Positions 1 through 7,751 are shown, numbered from the stretch's first letter. The stretch: DNA of 8,918 nucleotides from a virus (IMGVR_UViG_2740892229_000012); one strand, 5' to 3'. Notes: generated from the letters alone by a model not told the origin. Program-made: numbers and translations.

Positions 1-1
1 C

Positions 2-592
2 GGCAAAAGTATCACCCCCGATGATGTGCGTCCGATGCTTGAGCAGATGGTGAAAGAGGCCGTAAGCCATATCCCTGCTCCGCGTGATGGTCGTGATTAC
101 GATCCGGAAGTACTGAAGCAGGCGGTTCTGGAGGCGGTGAATGCCCTTCCGGCTCCGCAGGACGGGCGTGATGCCACGGCACTGGAAGTGCTCCCCGCTA
201 TTGACGATCAAAAATCCTTTCCCCGGGGCACGTATGCCACACACCTGGGTGGACTCTGGCGGGCGTATGAAAAAACGCACGGGATGCGGGGATGGGAATG
301 CCTGGTTGACGGGGTGGCGGATATCGACGTCAGCATGACGGATGAGCGGTTGTTCTCTGTGGTGATCCGGCAGAGCAGTGGCCAGTGTACGGAAAAAACA
401 TTTTCCCTGCCGGTGATGCTCTACCGCGGTGTGTTCAGAGCCGGTGAAACCTACCACCCCGGCGATACGGTGACGTGGGGGGGCTCGCTGTGGCACTGCA
501 ACAGTATGACCGGTGATAAACCCGGAGAAGCTCATTCATCAGGCTGGACCCTGGCTGCAAAACGTGGACGGGATGCAGGAGGCGGAAAATGA
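2..592 (+). CDS. Phage head-module protein of unknown function, 5'-truncated at window edge (196 aa visible)
   Basis: Reading frame is open from position 2 to the TGA at 590-592 (ORF track lists the 26..592 part from a GTG). Its stop overlaps the next start as ATGA, so it is co-transcribed with the head-tail joining genes. No family recognised from the translation; contains a tandem 25-aa repeat with motif EAV..(I/L)PAP(R/Q)DGRD. Confidence 0.55.
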   Translation, partial: GKSITPDDVRPMLEQMVKEAVSHIPAPRDGRDYDPEVLKQAVLEAVNALPAPQDGRDATALEVLPAIDDQKSFPRGTYATHLGGLWRAYEKTHGMRGWECLVDGVADIDVSMTDERLFSVVIRQSSGQCTEKTFSLPVMLYRGVFRAGETYHPGDTVTWGGSLWHCNSMTGDKPGEAHSSGWTLAAKRGRDAGGGK

Positions 593-915
593 CGGCATTA
601 CTGACACTGGAAGAGATCAAGGCACATCTGCGTGTTGACCATGACGCGGATGATGACATGCTGATGGACAAGGTTCGTCAGGCTACCGCCGTGCTGCTGG
701 CCTACATTCAGGGCAGCCGGGATAAAGTGATTCGTGAGGACGGTGAGCTGATCCCGGGCGAGGCATTAACCCGGATGAAGGGGGCTGCCATGCGACTGAC
801 CGGGATGCTGTACCGGAATCCGGATCTTGCTGAGCGGGAAGACCTCGTGCAGGGGGAACTGCCGTTTTCTGTTTCCGTGCTGATTTACGATTTGCGTTGT
901 CCGACGGTGTTATGA
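589..915 (+). CDS. gp6-like head-tail connector (adaptor) protein, 108 aa
   Basis: ATG 589 overlaps the upstream stop (ATGA). The N-terminus 'LTLEEIKAHLRVDHDADDDMLMDKV' and the ~108 aa size fit the phage gp6-like head-tail connector family (HK97 gp6 / SPP1 gp15 type). Family assignment is from recall, not a search. Confidence 0.8.
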   Translation: MTALLTLEEIKAHLRVDHDADDDMLMDKVRQATAVLLAYIQGSRDKVIREDGELIPGEALTRMKGAAMRLTGMLYRNPDLAEREDLVQGELPFSVSVLIYDLRCPTVL

Positions 916-1204
916 GGAGGGGGGGATGGCAATATCTGCAGGTCGTCTGACACAGATGATCAGTGTTCTGAACCCGGTGTTAACCCGTAATGCTGCCGGA
1001 GAAATGACGGAAGAATGGGTGTCATGCGGGAAANNNNNNNNNNGTCCGTGCTGATTTACGATTTGCGTTGTCCGACGGTGTTATGAGGAGGGAGGAATGG
1101 CAATATCTGCAGGTCGTCTGACACAGATGATAAGTGTTCTGAAGCCGGTGTTAACCCGTAATGCTGCCGGAGAAATGACGGAAGAATGGGTGTCATGCGG
1201 GAAA
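874..1204. repeat. Scaffold-overlap duplicate: 874..1033 and 1045..1204 flank N10 gap 1034..1043
   Basis: Direct duplicate of 160 bp at offset 171 with about 5 mismatches, covering the 3' end of the connector gene, its RBS and the 5' end of the head-tail joining gene. The copies abut the N run on both sides, the signature of overlapping contig ends that were not merged. Confidence 0.85.
926..1033 (+). CDS. Head-tail joining protein, allele A, 5' fragment (36 codons) cut by scaffold gap
   Basis: ATG 926 preceded by GAGGAGG; translation MAISAGRLTQMISVLNPV... matches the start of the complete copy at 1097 apart from N->K. Runs into the N10 gap at 1034..1043. Confidence 0.6.
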
Positions 1205-1447
1205 ATTCATGCGGATATCCGTGGCAGGAGCAGCCGGGAGCGGATGCAGTCCGGTGCGGAAATGGCGCAGGCGGAAATCCGCATCTGGGTGCGCGGTCAG
1301 TCCGGCCGGGAAATCACGGCAGCGTCACGACTTCATGTGCTGAGTGGTCCATGGCGTGACCGGATCCTGAACGTTGTCGGGCTGCCCGTGCCGGATGCGA
1401 CCGGCGGGCGTCTGGAAATTCTCTGTCGGCTGGGAGGGGAAAAATGA
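1097..1447 (+). CDS. Head-tail joining (head closure) protein, 116 aa
   Basis: ATG 1097 preceded by GAGGAGGGAGGA; stop overlaps the next start (ATGA at 1444-1447). Size and position directly after the gp6-like gene fit the HK97 gp7 / SPP1 gp16 type head-tail joining family. Confidence 0.75.
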   Translation: MAISAGRLTQMISVLKPVLTRNAAGEMTEEWVSCGKIHADIRGRSSRERMQSGAEMAQAEIRIWVRGQSGREITAASRLHVLSGPWRDRILNVVGLPVPDATGGRLEILCRLGGEK

Positions 1448-1890
1448 TCGAAACCCTGCTGGATTTTTCGGGGCTGGAGGACATCAGCCGCGATTTGCAG
1501 CTTCTGAGTGGTGCGGAAAATAACCGGGTGCTGCGTGAGGCAACCCGTGCGGGTGCGAATGTGCTGAAAGAAGAAGTGGTGTCACGGGCACCGGTACGCA
1601 GGGGAAAACTGCGCCGCAATGTGGTGGTCCTTTCCCGGCGCTCCCGCGATGGCGGGATGGAATCCGGTGTCCATATCCGTGGTGTTAATCCGGACACCGG
1701 TAACAGCGATAACACCATGAAGGCGGATAACCCGCGCAATGCTTTCTACTGGCGGTTTGTGGAAATGGGGACCGTGAATATGCCACCGCACCCGTTTGTG
1801 CGCCCGGCGTTTGATGTGCGCAGTGAACAGGCAGCTCAGGTGGCGATTGCGCGGATGAACCGGGCCATTGATGAGGTACTGAGACGATGA
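1444..1890 (+). CDS. HK97 gp10-family tail completion (neck) protein, 148 aa
   Basis: ATGA overlaps at both ends. Size, position and the C-terminal 'PPHPFVRPAFD' region fit the HK97 gp10 family as I recall it. Confidence 0.75.
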   Translation: MIETLLDFSGLEDISRDLQLLSGAENNRVLREATRAGANVLKEEVVSRAPVRRGKLRRNVVVLSRRSRDGGMESGVHIRGVNPDTGNSDNTMKADNPRNAFYWRFVEMGTVNMPPHPFVRPAFDVRSEQAAQVAIARMNRAIDEVLRR

Positions 1891-2231
1891 CGGAGGCGGA
1901 TTTGTATCCTTATCTGGCGCATCTTGCCGGCGGGCAGGTGTACCCGTATGTGGTCCCCCTGCTGGATGGCAGGCCGTCGGTGGCGCTTCCGTGGGTGGTT
2001 TTCAGCCTGATTTCATCGGTGTCGGCGGACGTGATGGGCGGGCAGGCGGAGTCCTCAGTGTCGGTGCAGATAGACGTTTATGCCGGGACTGTGACGCAGG
2101 CGCGTCAGATACGTCAGGACGCCCGTGAAGCCATAATGCTGCTGGCCCCGGGATCCGTCAGTGAAATGCAGGACTATATTCCGGAAAACCGCTGTTACCG
2201 TGCAACCCTGGAGTTTCAGGTCACGGTGTGA
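1887..2231 (+). CDS. Tail terminator-like protein (DUF3168-type), 114 aa
   Basis: ATG 1887 overlaps the upstream stop. About 114 aa and located immediately upstream of the major tail gene, the canonical tail terminator position (functional analogue of lambda gpU). Family is inferred mainly from position and size. Confidence 0.65.
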   Translation: MTEADLYPYLAHLAGGQVYPYVVPLLDGRPSVALPWVVFSLISSVSADVMGGQAESSVSVQIDVYAGTVTQARQIRQDAREAIMLLAPGSVSEMQDYIPENRCYRATLEFQVTV

Positions 2232-2246
2232 CTTTTTCTTTTTTTT

Positions 2247-2364
2247 CTACAAAACCCATACCCCGCCGCGTGCGGGTTTTTTATTATCAGGAGGCAGAAT
2301 NNNNNNNNNNCTACAAAACCCATACCCCGCCGCGTGCGGGTTTTTTATTATCAGGAGGCAGAAT
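2247..2364. repeat. Scaffold-overlap duplicate: 2247..2300 and 2311..2364 flank N10 gap 2301..2310
   Basis: The 54 bp 'ctacaaaacccataccccgccgcgtgcgggttttttattatcaggaggcagaat' is repeated identically on both sides of the N run. It contains the hairpin, the RBS and the first two bases of the major tail start codon. Confidence 0.9.
2315..2346 (+). terminator. Intrinsic-terminator-like hairpin plus T6 tract upstream of the major tail gene
   Basis: Stem CCCGC (2326-2330) / GCGGG (2336-2340) with loop CGCGT, followed by TTTTTT 2341-2346 and preceded by AAAA 2315-2318. A duplicate copy lies at 2251..2282 (scaffold artefact). SD AGGAGG at 2353-2358 and ATG 2363 follow. Confidence 0.5.
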
Positions 2365-3079
2365 GTCTGCTTTGTATGAACGCTCACAGCTGACGCAGGT
2401 GATGATTTCATCTGCCCCGGCGACTGCTGAAACTATGGATAAGGCGGAATATCTGCGCCTGGACTGCACCATCAAGGAAGTCCAGTTCACCGCCGGTCAG
2501 AAACAGGATATTGATGTGACCACGCTCTGCTCCACAGAGCAGGAGAACATCAACGGTCTGGGGGCGTCGTCCGAGATTTCCATGTCGGGTAATTTTTATC
2601 TGAATCAGGCCCAGAACGCCCTGCGTGATGCCTATGACAATGACACGGTGTATGCGTTTAAGGTGCAGTTTCCGTCCGGTAAGGGCTTTAAGTTCCTGGC
2701 GGAAGTGCGTCAGCACACCTGGTCATCCGGTACCAACGGCGTGGTGGCTGCAACGTTTTCACTTCGCCTGAAGGGTAAACCGGTGTCCTATGTGGTACCG
2801 CTGGCGTTTGTGAAAAATCTGGAGAAGACACTTACCGTGAATACCGGTGCGCTGCTGACAATGTCAGTCAGTGTCAACGGGGGAACGCCGCCTTATAAAT
2901 ACGCCTGGAAGAAGGATGGTCAGCCGGTCGAGGGACAGACTACTGACACTTTCAGTAAAGCCAATGCGCAGTCAGGTGATAAGGGGGCTTATACCTGCAT
3001 GGTAATGGATTCTGCAGAACAGCCGCAGAGCATTACCTCTGATGCGTGTACGGTAACGGTTAATGGTGCGGGCGGATAA
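2363..3079 (+). CDS. Major tail (tail tube) protein with C-terminal Ig-like domain, 238 aa
   Basis: ATG 2363 with AGGAGG at 2353-2358; the ORF-track 283 aa version is an artefactual N-terminal extension across the N gap. Residues ~152-236 (nt ~2816..3070) carry an Ig-like signature: PPYKYAWKKDGQPVEG...GDKGAYTCMV...TVTV. Position between terminator protein and chaperone genes supports major tail identity. Confidence 0.85.
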   Translation: MSALYERSQLTQVMISSAPATAETMDKAEYLRLDCTIKEVQFTAGQKQDIDVTTLCSTEQENINGLGASSEISMSGNFYLNQAQNALRDAYDNDTVYAFKVQFPSGKGFKFLAEVRQHTWSSGTNGVVAATFSLRLKGKPVSYVVPLAFVKNLEKTLTVNTGALLTMSVSVNGGTPPYKYAWKKDGQPVEGQTTDTFSKANAQSGDKGAYTCMVMDSAEQPQSITSDACTVTVNGAGG

Positions 3080-3335
3080 GGCTTATGGCAAAAGATCTGA
3101 AAACACTGGCGCNNNNNNNNNNCACGCCTGGAAGAAGGATGGTCAGCCGGTAGAGGGACAGACTACTGACACTTTCAGTAAAGCCAATACGCAGTCAGGT
3201 GATAAGGGGGCTTATACCTGCGAGGTAACGGATTCTGCAGAACAGCCGCAGAGCATTACCTCTGATGCGTGTACAGTAACGGTTAATGGTGCGGGCGGAT
3301 AAGGCTTATGGCAAAAGATCTGAAAACACTGGCGC
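2901..3335. repeat. Scaffold-overlap duplicate: 2901..3112 and 3124..3335 flank N10 gap 3113..3122
   Basis: Direct duplicate of 212 bp at offset 223 with 6 nucleotide differences. Covers the 3' end of the major tail gene (Ig-like domain) and the start of the chaperone gene. Confidence 0.85.
3123..3302 (+). CDS. Major tail protein, allele B, 3' fragment (Ig-like domain C-terminus), partial
   Basis: In frame from the first base after the N gap to TAA 3300-3302; translation HAWKKDGQPVEGQTTDTFSKANTQSGDKGAYTCEVTDSAEQPQSITSDACTVTVNGAGG differs from 2363..3079 at A->T, M->E and M->T. Confidence 0.7.
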   Translation, partial: HAWKKDGQPVEGQTTDTFSKANTQSGDKGAYTCEVTDSAEQPQSITSDACTVTVNGAGG

Positions 3336-3682
3336 TGGCCAGACTGTCGGGGTTCCGTCATAAAACGGTGAAGGTGCCGGAATGGAGAAATGTCAGCGTG
3401 GTGCTGCGGGAGCCTTCGGCAGAGGCCTGGTATCTGTGGCAGGAAGTGCTCAATGGTGATGGAGAGGATGACGATACCCTGTCGGTGGTGGCGAAAACCC
3501 GCCGTAACCTGGAAGCGGATGTGACGCTGTTCTGCGATGTCCTGTGTGATACTGACCTGCAACGGGTGTTCACTCCGGACGACCGTGAGCAGGTGCTGGC
3601 CGTCTATGGTCCGGTACATGCCCGGTTGCTGCGTCAGGCACTGGAACTGATCGCTGATGCAGAGTCGGCCAGAAAAAAGTAG
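3308..3682 (+). CDS. Tail assembly chaperone (lambda gpG functional analogue), 124 aa
   Basis: ATG 3308 lies 5 nt after the major tail stop; acidic ~124 aa protein directly upstream of the tape measure gene and ending at the slippery heptamer, the conserved chaperone arrangement. A truncated allele-A start copy lies at 3085..3112. Confidence 0.75.
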   Translation: MAKDLKTLALARLSGFRHKTVKVPEWRNVSVVLREPSAEAWYLWQEVLNGDGEDDDTLSVVAKTRRNLEADVTLFCDVLCDTDLQRVFTPDDREQVLAVYGPVHARLLRQALELIADAESARKK

Positions 3683-3987
3683 CCCGCCCGGAAATTCGCT
3701 TTCTGATGCGACTTGCGCTCCGTCTGGGGCGCACCTTATCCGAACTGCGGCACAGCCTGAGTGCGAGCGAGGCGATGATGTGGATGGAGTTCGACAGGGT
3801 ATCCCCGCTGGGTGATGAGCGCGGGGATATCCGTAATGCACAGATCGTGAAAGCGGTTTTCGGGGCACAGGGGATGAATGTTGCACTGAAGGACGCCATG
3901 CTCTGCTGGGGCGAGGATGAGGATAAGCCGGAGGTGGATCCGTTTGCGGCGCTGGAAGACGCGCTGAGCTTCGCAGCACAGTCATGA
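3308..3987 (+). CDS. Tail assembly chaperone GT-like fusion produced by programmed -1 ribosomal frameshift (predicted)
   Basis: The 0-frame ends ...R K K stop at 3680-3682. The -1 frame opens at 3658 (stop at 3655-3657), just upstream of the slippery site, and runs to TGA 3985-3987. The ORF-track entry 3706..3987 has no convincing SD of its own. Confidence 0.65.
3673..3679 (+). promoter_or_regulatory. -1 frameshift slippery heptamer A_AAA_AAG
   Basis: A AAA AAG is read as codons AAA(3674-3676) AAG(3677-3679) in the chaperone frame, immediately before its TAG stop. This is the same heptamer type as the E. coli dnaX frameshift site. Confidence 0.65.
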
Positions 3988-3995
3988 ATGATGAG

Positions 3996-4016
3996 AACCG
4001 CTGAGGCGGTTTTTTT
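3996..4016 (+). terminator. Hairpin plus T7 tract between the GT chaperone and tape measure genes (putative partial intrinsic terminator)
   Basis: Stem AACCGC (3996-4001) / GCGGTT (4006-4011), tetraloop TGAG, T run 4010-4016. Lies 9 nt after the T-frame stop; the tape measure RBS GGAGAAAGG (4023-4031) and ATG 4035 follow. Confidence 0.4.
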
Positions 4017-4034
4017 ACGCCCGGAGAAAGGTGA

Positions 4035-7000
4035 ATGGCGACGTTACGTGAACTGATTATCAAAATTTCGGCAAATTCGCAGTCATTCCAGTCGGAGATC
4101 CAGCGGGCTTCCCGTATGGGCAGTGAATATTACCGGACCCTGCAGAATGGCGGGCGTCAGGCCGCTGCGGCAGCCCGGGAGCAGCGACGTGCCCTGGCAG
4201 AACTGAACAGCCAGTTGACGGAAATTCGCGGTTCTGCTGTCGGAATGGCTGGCGCATTTGCCGGTGCCTTTGCCACCGGACACCTGATTTCACTGGCGGA
4301 TGAGTGGAGTTCCGTGAATGCCCGTCTGAAACAGGCGTCGCAGTCATCTGATGAATTTTCGTCATCACAGAAAGTGCTGATGGATATCAGCCAGCGGACA
4401 GGCACCGCATTTTCGGATAATGCGGCCCTGTTTGCCCGCTCAGCCGCCTCAATGCGTGAATATGGTTACAGTGCTGATGATGTGCTTAAGGTGACGGAGG
4501 CCATTTCCACAGGGCTGAAAATCTCCGGTGCCAGTACGGCAGAGGCGGGCTCGGTGATCACCCAGTTCNNNNNNNNNNTTCGGCTGCCTCGATGCGTGAA
4601 TATGGTTACAGTGCTGATGATGTGCTGAAGGTGACGGAGGCCATTTCGACAGGGCTGAAAATCTCCGGTGCCAGTACGGCAGAGGCGGGCTCGGTGATCA
4701 CCCAGTTCAGTCAGGCGCTGGCGCAGGGTGTATTGCGTGGTGAGGAGTTTAATTCGGTCAATGAAAGTGGTGACCGGATCGTACGTGCACTGGCTGCGGG
4801 TATGGGCGTGGCCCGTAAAGATCTGAAGGCAATGGCGGATGACGGAAAACTGACAGCGGATAAAGTGGTCCCCGCGTTAATCAGCCAGCTGGGGATATTA
4901 CGTGATGAATATGCGGCCATGCCGGAAACGGTTTCCAGTAGTATCACGAAGGTGGAAAACGCCTTTATGGCCTGGGTGGGCGGTGCGAATGAGGCCAGCG
5001 GGGTGACGAAAACGCTCTCCGGCGTGCTGAACGGTGTTGCCGGACAGATTGATAATGTGGCAACAGCCGTGGGGGCACTGGTTGCCGTCGGGGTTGCCCG
5101 GTACTTTGGCAATATGGCCTCCGGAGCGATGTCTGCCACGGCAGGACTTGTGACTGCTGCACGTAATGAAGTTGCACTGGCGGAAGCACAGTTCAGGGGA
5201 ACGCAGATTGCCACGGCGCGGGCAAGAGCAGCCGTGTACTGTGCTCAGCAGGCCGTGGCGGCAGCCCGCGGGACGGAGATGCAGATTGCAGCAGAGGCCC
5301 GTCTGGCGGCCACACAGGAACGCCTGAACAGAAATATTGCTGCCAGAAGCGCCGCCCAGAATGCGCTGAACAGTACAACGGCGGTGGGCTCACGTCTGAT
5401 GAGCGGTGCGCTGGGGCTGGTTGGTGGCGTACCCGGACTGGTGATGCTGGGGGCTGCAGCATGGTACACGCTGTACCAGAATCAGGAGCAGGCCAGGGAG
5501 TCTGCGCGCCAGTATGCACTGACGATAGATGAAATCGCGCATAACACGCCGTCAATGTCTTTGCCTGAAGCCTCAGATAATGAAGGACGAACACGGGCGG
5601 CGCTGACAGAGCAGAAGCGGCTGATTGATGAGCAGTCCAGTCGGGTGAAATCCCTGCAGGAACAAATCGCCGGGTATCAGTATGTTCTGGCGAACCCTGG
5701 CTGGACGACCGGTGACGGATTCATGATAAACCATCTGACATCGGTGAAGACCGTAACGGAAGGGCTTGCTCAGGCAACAGAGCAGCTTGCCGTTGAGCAG
5801 TCCCGTCTGGCACAGATGCAGGAAAAAGCGCAGTCCATTCAGGATGTGCTTGCCGGGCTGGAAGACCGTCGTGTGGCGTTAATTCGTCAGCAGGCGGCAG
5901 AGCAGAATAAGGTGTACCAGTCCATGCTGGTTATGAACGGTCAGCATACGGAATTCAACCGTCTGCTGGGGCTGGGTAATGAACTGCTTCAGCAGCGGCA
6001 GGGACTGGTGAATGTGCCGTTACGGCTGCCACAGGCCACTCTGGATGATAAACAGCAGAGTGCCCTGACAAAAACAGAGCGTGAGCTGGCCCTGTCCAGA
6101 CTGAAAGGGGAAGAAAAAGAGCGCGTCCGACTGGGGTATGCGGCGGATGACCTCGGTTTTGTGGGTGATCCGTATCAGGAGGCGAGACAACGTTATATCA
6201 GTAATGCCCTGGAAGCCTGGCGCAATAACGAGGCGAATAAACCCAAATCCCGGGGTGGAAAATCAGAGACGGAAAAAGCGGAAGACAGTTTTTCCCGGCT
6301 GCTGAAGCAGCAGAAAGAGCAACTGGCACTGGCCGGTCAGAACACGGAGCTGGCGAAGCTGAAGTACCAGACAGCGCTGGGTGAACTGAAAACCCTGTCG
6401 GAGATACAGAAGCAGGAACTGCTGCGTAACGCGGCCCTGATTGACCAGCAAAAAATCCGGGAACAGTTGCGATCCCGGGAAGAGACCCTGAAGAATGATA
6501 ATGTGGCTGCGCGTGCATCAAATGAAGCCGAACTGCTGGGGTACGGGCAGGGAGAACGAGCCAGGGAACGCATGCGGGAGTTGCAGCAGATCCGCGACAG
6601 CTTCCGCCAGAAGGATGCGGACCTTCAGTCTCAGTATCAGACCGGGGATATCAGTGAGGATTTTTACAGACAGGCTCTGGCGCAGAATGCACAGTATCTG
6701 AGTGAACGTCTGAAAGAGCAGGAAGCCTTTTATGCCGAATCGGATGTGCAGCGTGCGGACTGGCAGAAAGGGCTGCAGGAGGGATTCAGTAACTGGGTGG
6801 ACAATGCATCCGATTACGCCTCTCAGGCAGCACAGCTGGCAACGGAGGGGATTTCAGGACTGGTGAATAACATCACGGAGATGCTGAACGGAAACAAAGT
6901 GGAATGGCGCAACTGGGCCTCATCCGTACTGCAGGAAATATCAAAAGTTCTTATGAATGCGGCCATTGTCAACGGAATTAAGACGGCGGCAAACGGTATG

Positions 7001-7417
7001 TCCGGTGCGGGAGGATTTCTCGGCAGCATTGGTGACTGGCTGGGCGGAGCGGTGGCCAATGCAAAAGGCGGCGTGTATACCTCGGCAAACCTGAGTGCGT
7101 ACAGCAACAGTATTGTGGATACGCCCACGTACTTTGCGTTTGCAAAAGGGGCCGGGCTGATGGGGGAAGCCGGACCTGAAGCCATTATGCCCCTGACCCG
7201 GGCGGCGGATGGCTCGCTGGGCGTACGCGCGGTGGGCAGTATGAACGGCAGTGCTGGTCTGGTGTATTCCCCGGTCTACCACATCGCCATTCAGAATGAC
7301 GGGGCTAACGGACAGATAGGGCCGGAAGCTGCGGGCAGCCTTGTGCAGCTGATTGACCAGCGGGTGCAGGCGGTGATGCTGTCCATGCGACGTGACGGAG
7401 GAATGCTGAGTGGCTGA
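4035..7417 (+). CDS. Tail tape measure protein (about 1080 aa once the duplicated overlap is collapsed)
   Basis: ATG 4035 with RBS GGAGAAAGG. The ORF is split in the track (4035..4628 and 4592..7417) only by the N10 gap and duplicate. Shows long Ala/Gln/Glu/Arg/Leu-rich stretches (likely coiled coil), two hydrophobic Gly/Ala/Val-rich segments (nt ~5054..5161 and ~5375..5476) and a conserved-looking C-terminal region ending ...GEAGPEAIMPLTRAADGSLGVRAVGS... Position between chaperones and M. Confidence 0.85.
4440..4708. repeat. Scaffold-overlap duplicate: 4440..4568 and 4580..4708 flank N10 gap 4569..4578
   Basis: Direct duplicate of 129 bp at offset 140 inside the tape measure gene with 5 nucleotide differences, all synonymous (both copies encode SAASMREYGYSADDVLKVTEAISTGLKISGASTAEAGSVITQF). 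Confidence 0.85.
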
Positions 7418-7751
7418 GATAAAAACGCTGCATCTGGTCCCGCGTGAAGGGATGCAGGTGAGTGAGAAGCCGTCGGTGGTGAGGGTGCGGTTTGGTGACG
7501 GTTATGAACAGCGCCGCCCCACAGGGCTGAATCCTCAACTGAAGACGTTTCAGGCGGTGTTCCGGGTGACGGATGAGTCAACCCGGCGCTGGCTGGAAGA
7601 GTTTTTATCGTGGCATGGTGGTTACCGTGCCTTTTTGTGGCGACCGCCGAAACATAACCGGACGGTGAGGGTTGTGTGCCGTGAGTGGAGTGTCACGGAT
7701 AATGCCCGGTACAGTGATTTCAGTTGCACGATAGAGCAGGTGGTGAACTGA
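7410..7751 (+). CDS. M: Minor tail protein M (lambda gpM homologue), 113 aa
   Basis: GTG start at 7410 overlaps the tape measure stop (TGA 7415-7417) by 8 nt. The translation (VVRVRFGDGYEQR..., FLWRPP..., C-terminal EQVVN) aligns along its length with lambda M as I recall it, including the N-terminus, which supports the GTG start. Confidence 0.85.
   Translation: MAEIKTLHLVPREGMQVSEKPSVVRVRFGDGYEQRRPTGLNPQLKTFQAVFRVTDESTRRWLEEFLSWHGGYRAFLWRPPKHNRTVRVVCREWSVTDNARYSDFSCTIEQVVN

Noticed and set aside
141-338. 65-aa + strand ORF in an alternative frame within the first gene
   Set aside because: Fully embedded out of frame within a longer ORF that is translationally coupled to the downstream gene; no independent support.
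2161-2379. ORF-track entries crossing the N gap (2161..2379 and the 283-aa form of 2228..3079 with XXXX)
   Set aside because: They read through the N10 gap and the duplicated intergenic hairpin. The real major tail start is ATG 2363, which has a strong AGGAGG; the upstream extension translates the terminator and spacer.
3713-3738. Short GC hairpin downstream of the slippery site as a frameshift stimulator
   Set aside because: It starts about 35 nt after the heptamer, further than the usual 5-9 nt spacing, and the stem is only about 5 bp. I do not call it a stimulatory element without folding or experimental data.
3212-4063. 283-aa minus-strand ORF antisense to the chaperone G/GT genes
   Set aside because: Lies entirely antisense to tightly coupled + strand genes with clear homology-supported identities. 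The translation is Pro/Ser/Arg-rich and low-complexity, as expected for the antisense of GC-rich coding sequence, and it has no recognisable start context.
4711-7282. Several minus-strand ORFs (62-167 aa) inside the tape measure gene
   Set aside because: All are antisense to a long, continuous + strand gene and have Ala/Pro/Ser/Arg-rich low-complexity translations. Open antisense frames are expected by chance in GC-rich DNA.
7724-7750. Upstream ATG start for L at 7724
   Set aside because: The lambda L N-terminus aligns with MQDIHEESLNE beginning at ATG 7751, which also forms the typical TGATG coupling with the M stop. The 9 extra codons have no homology support.
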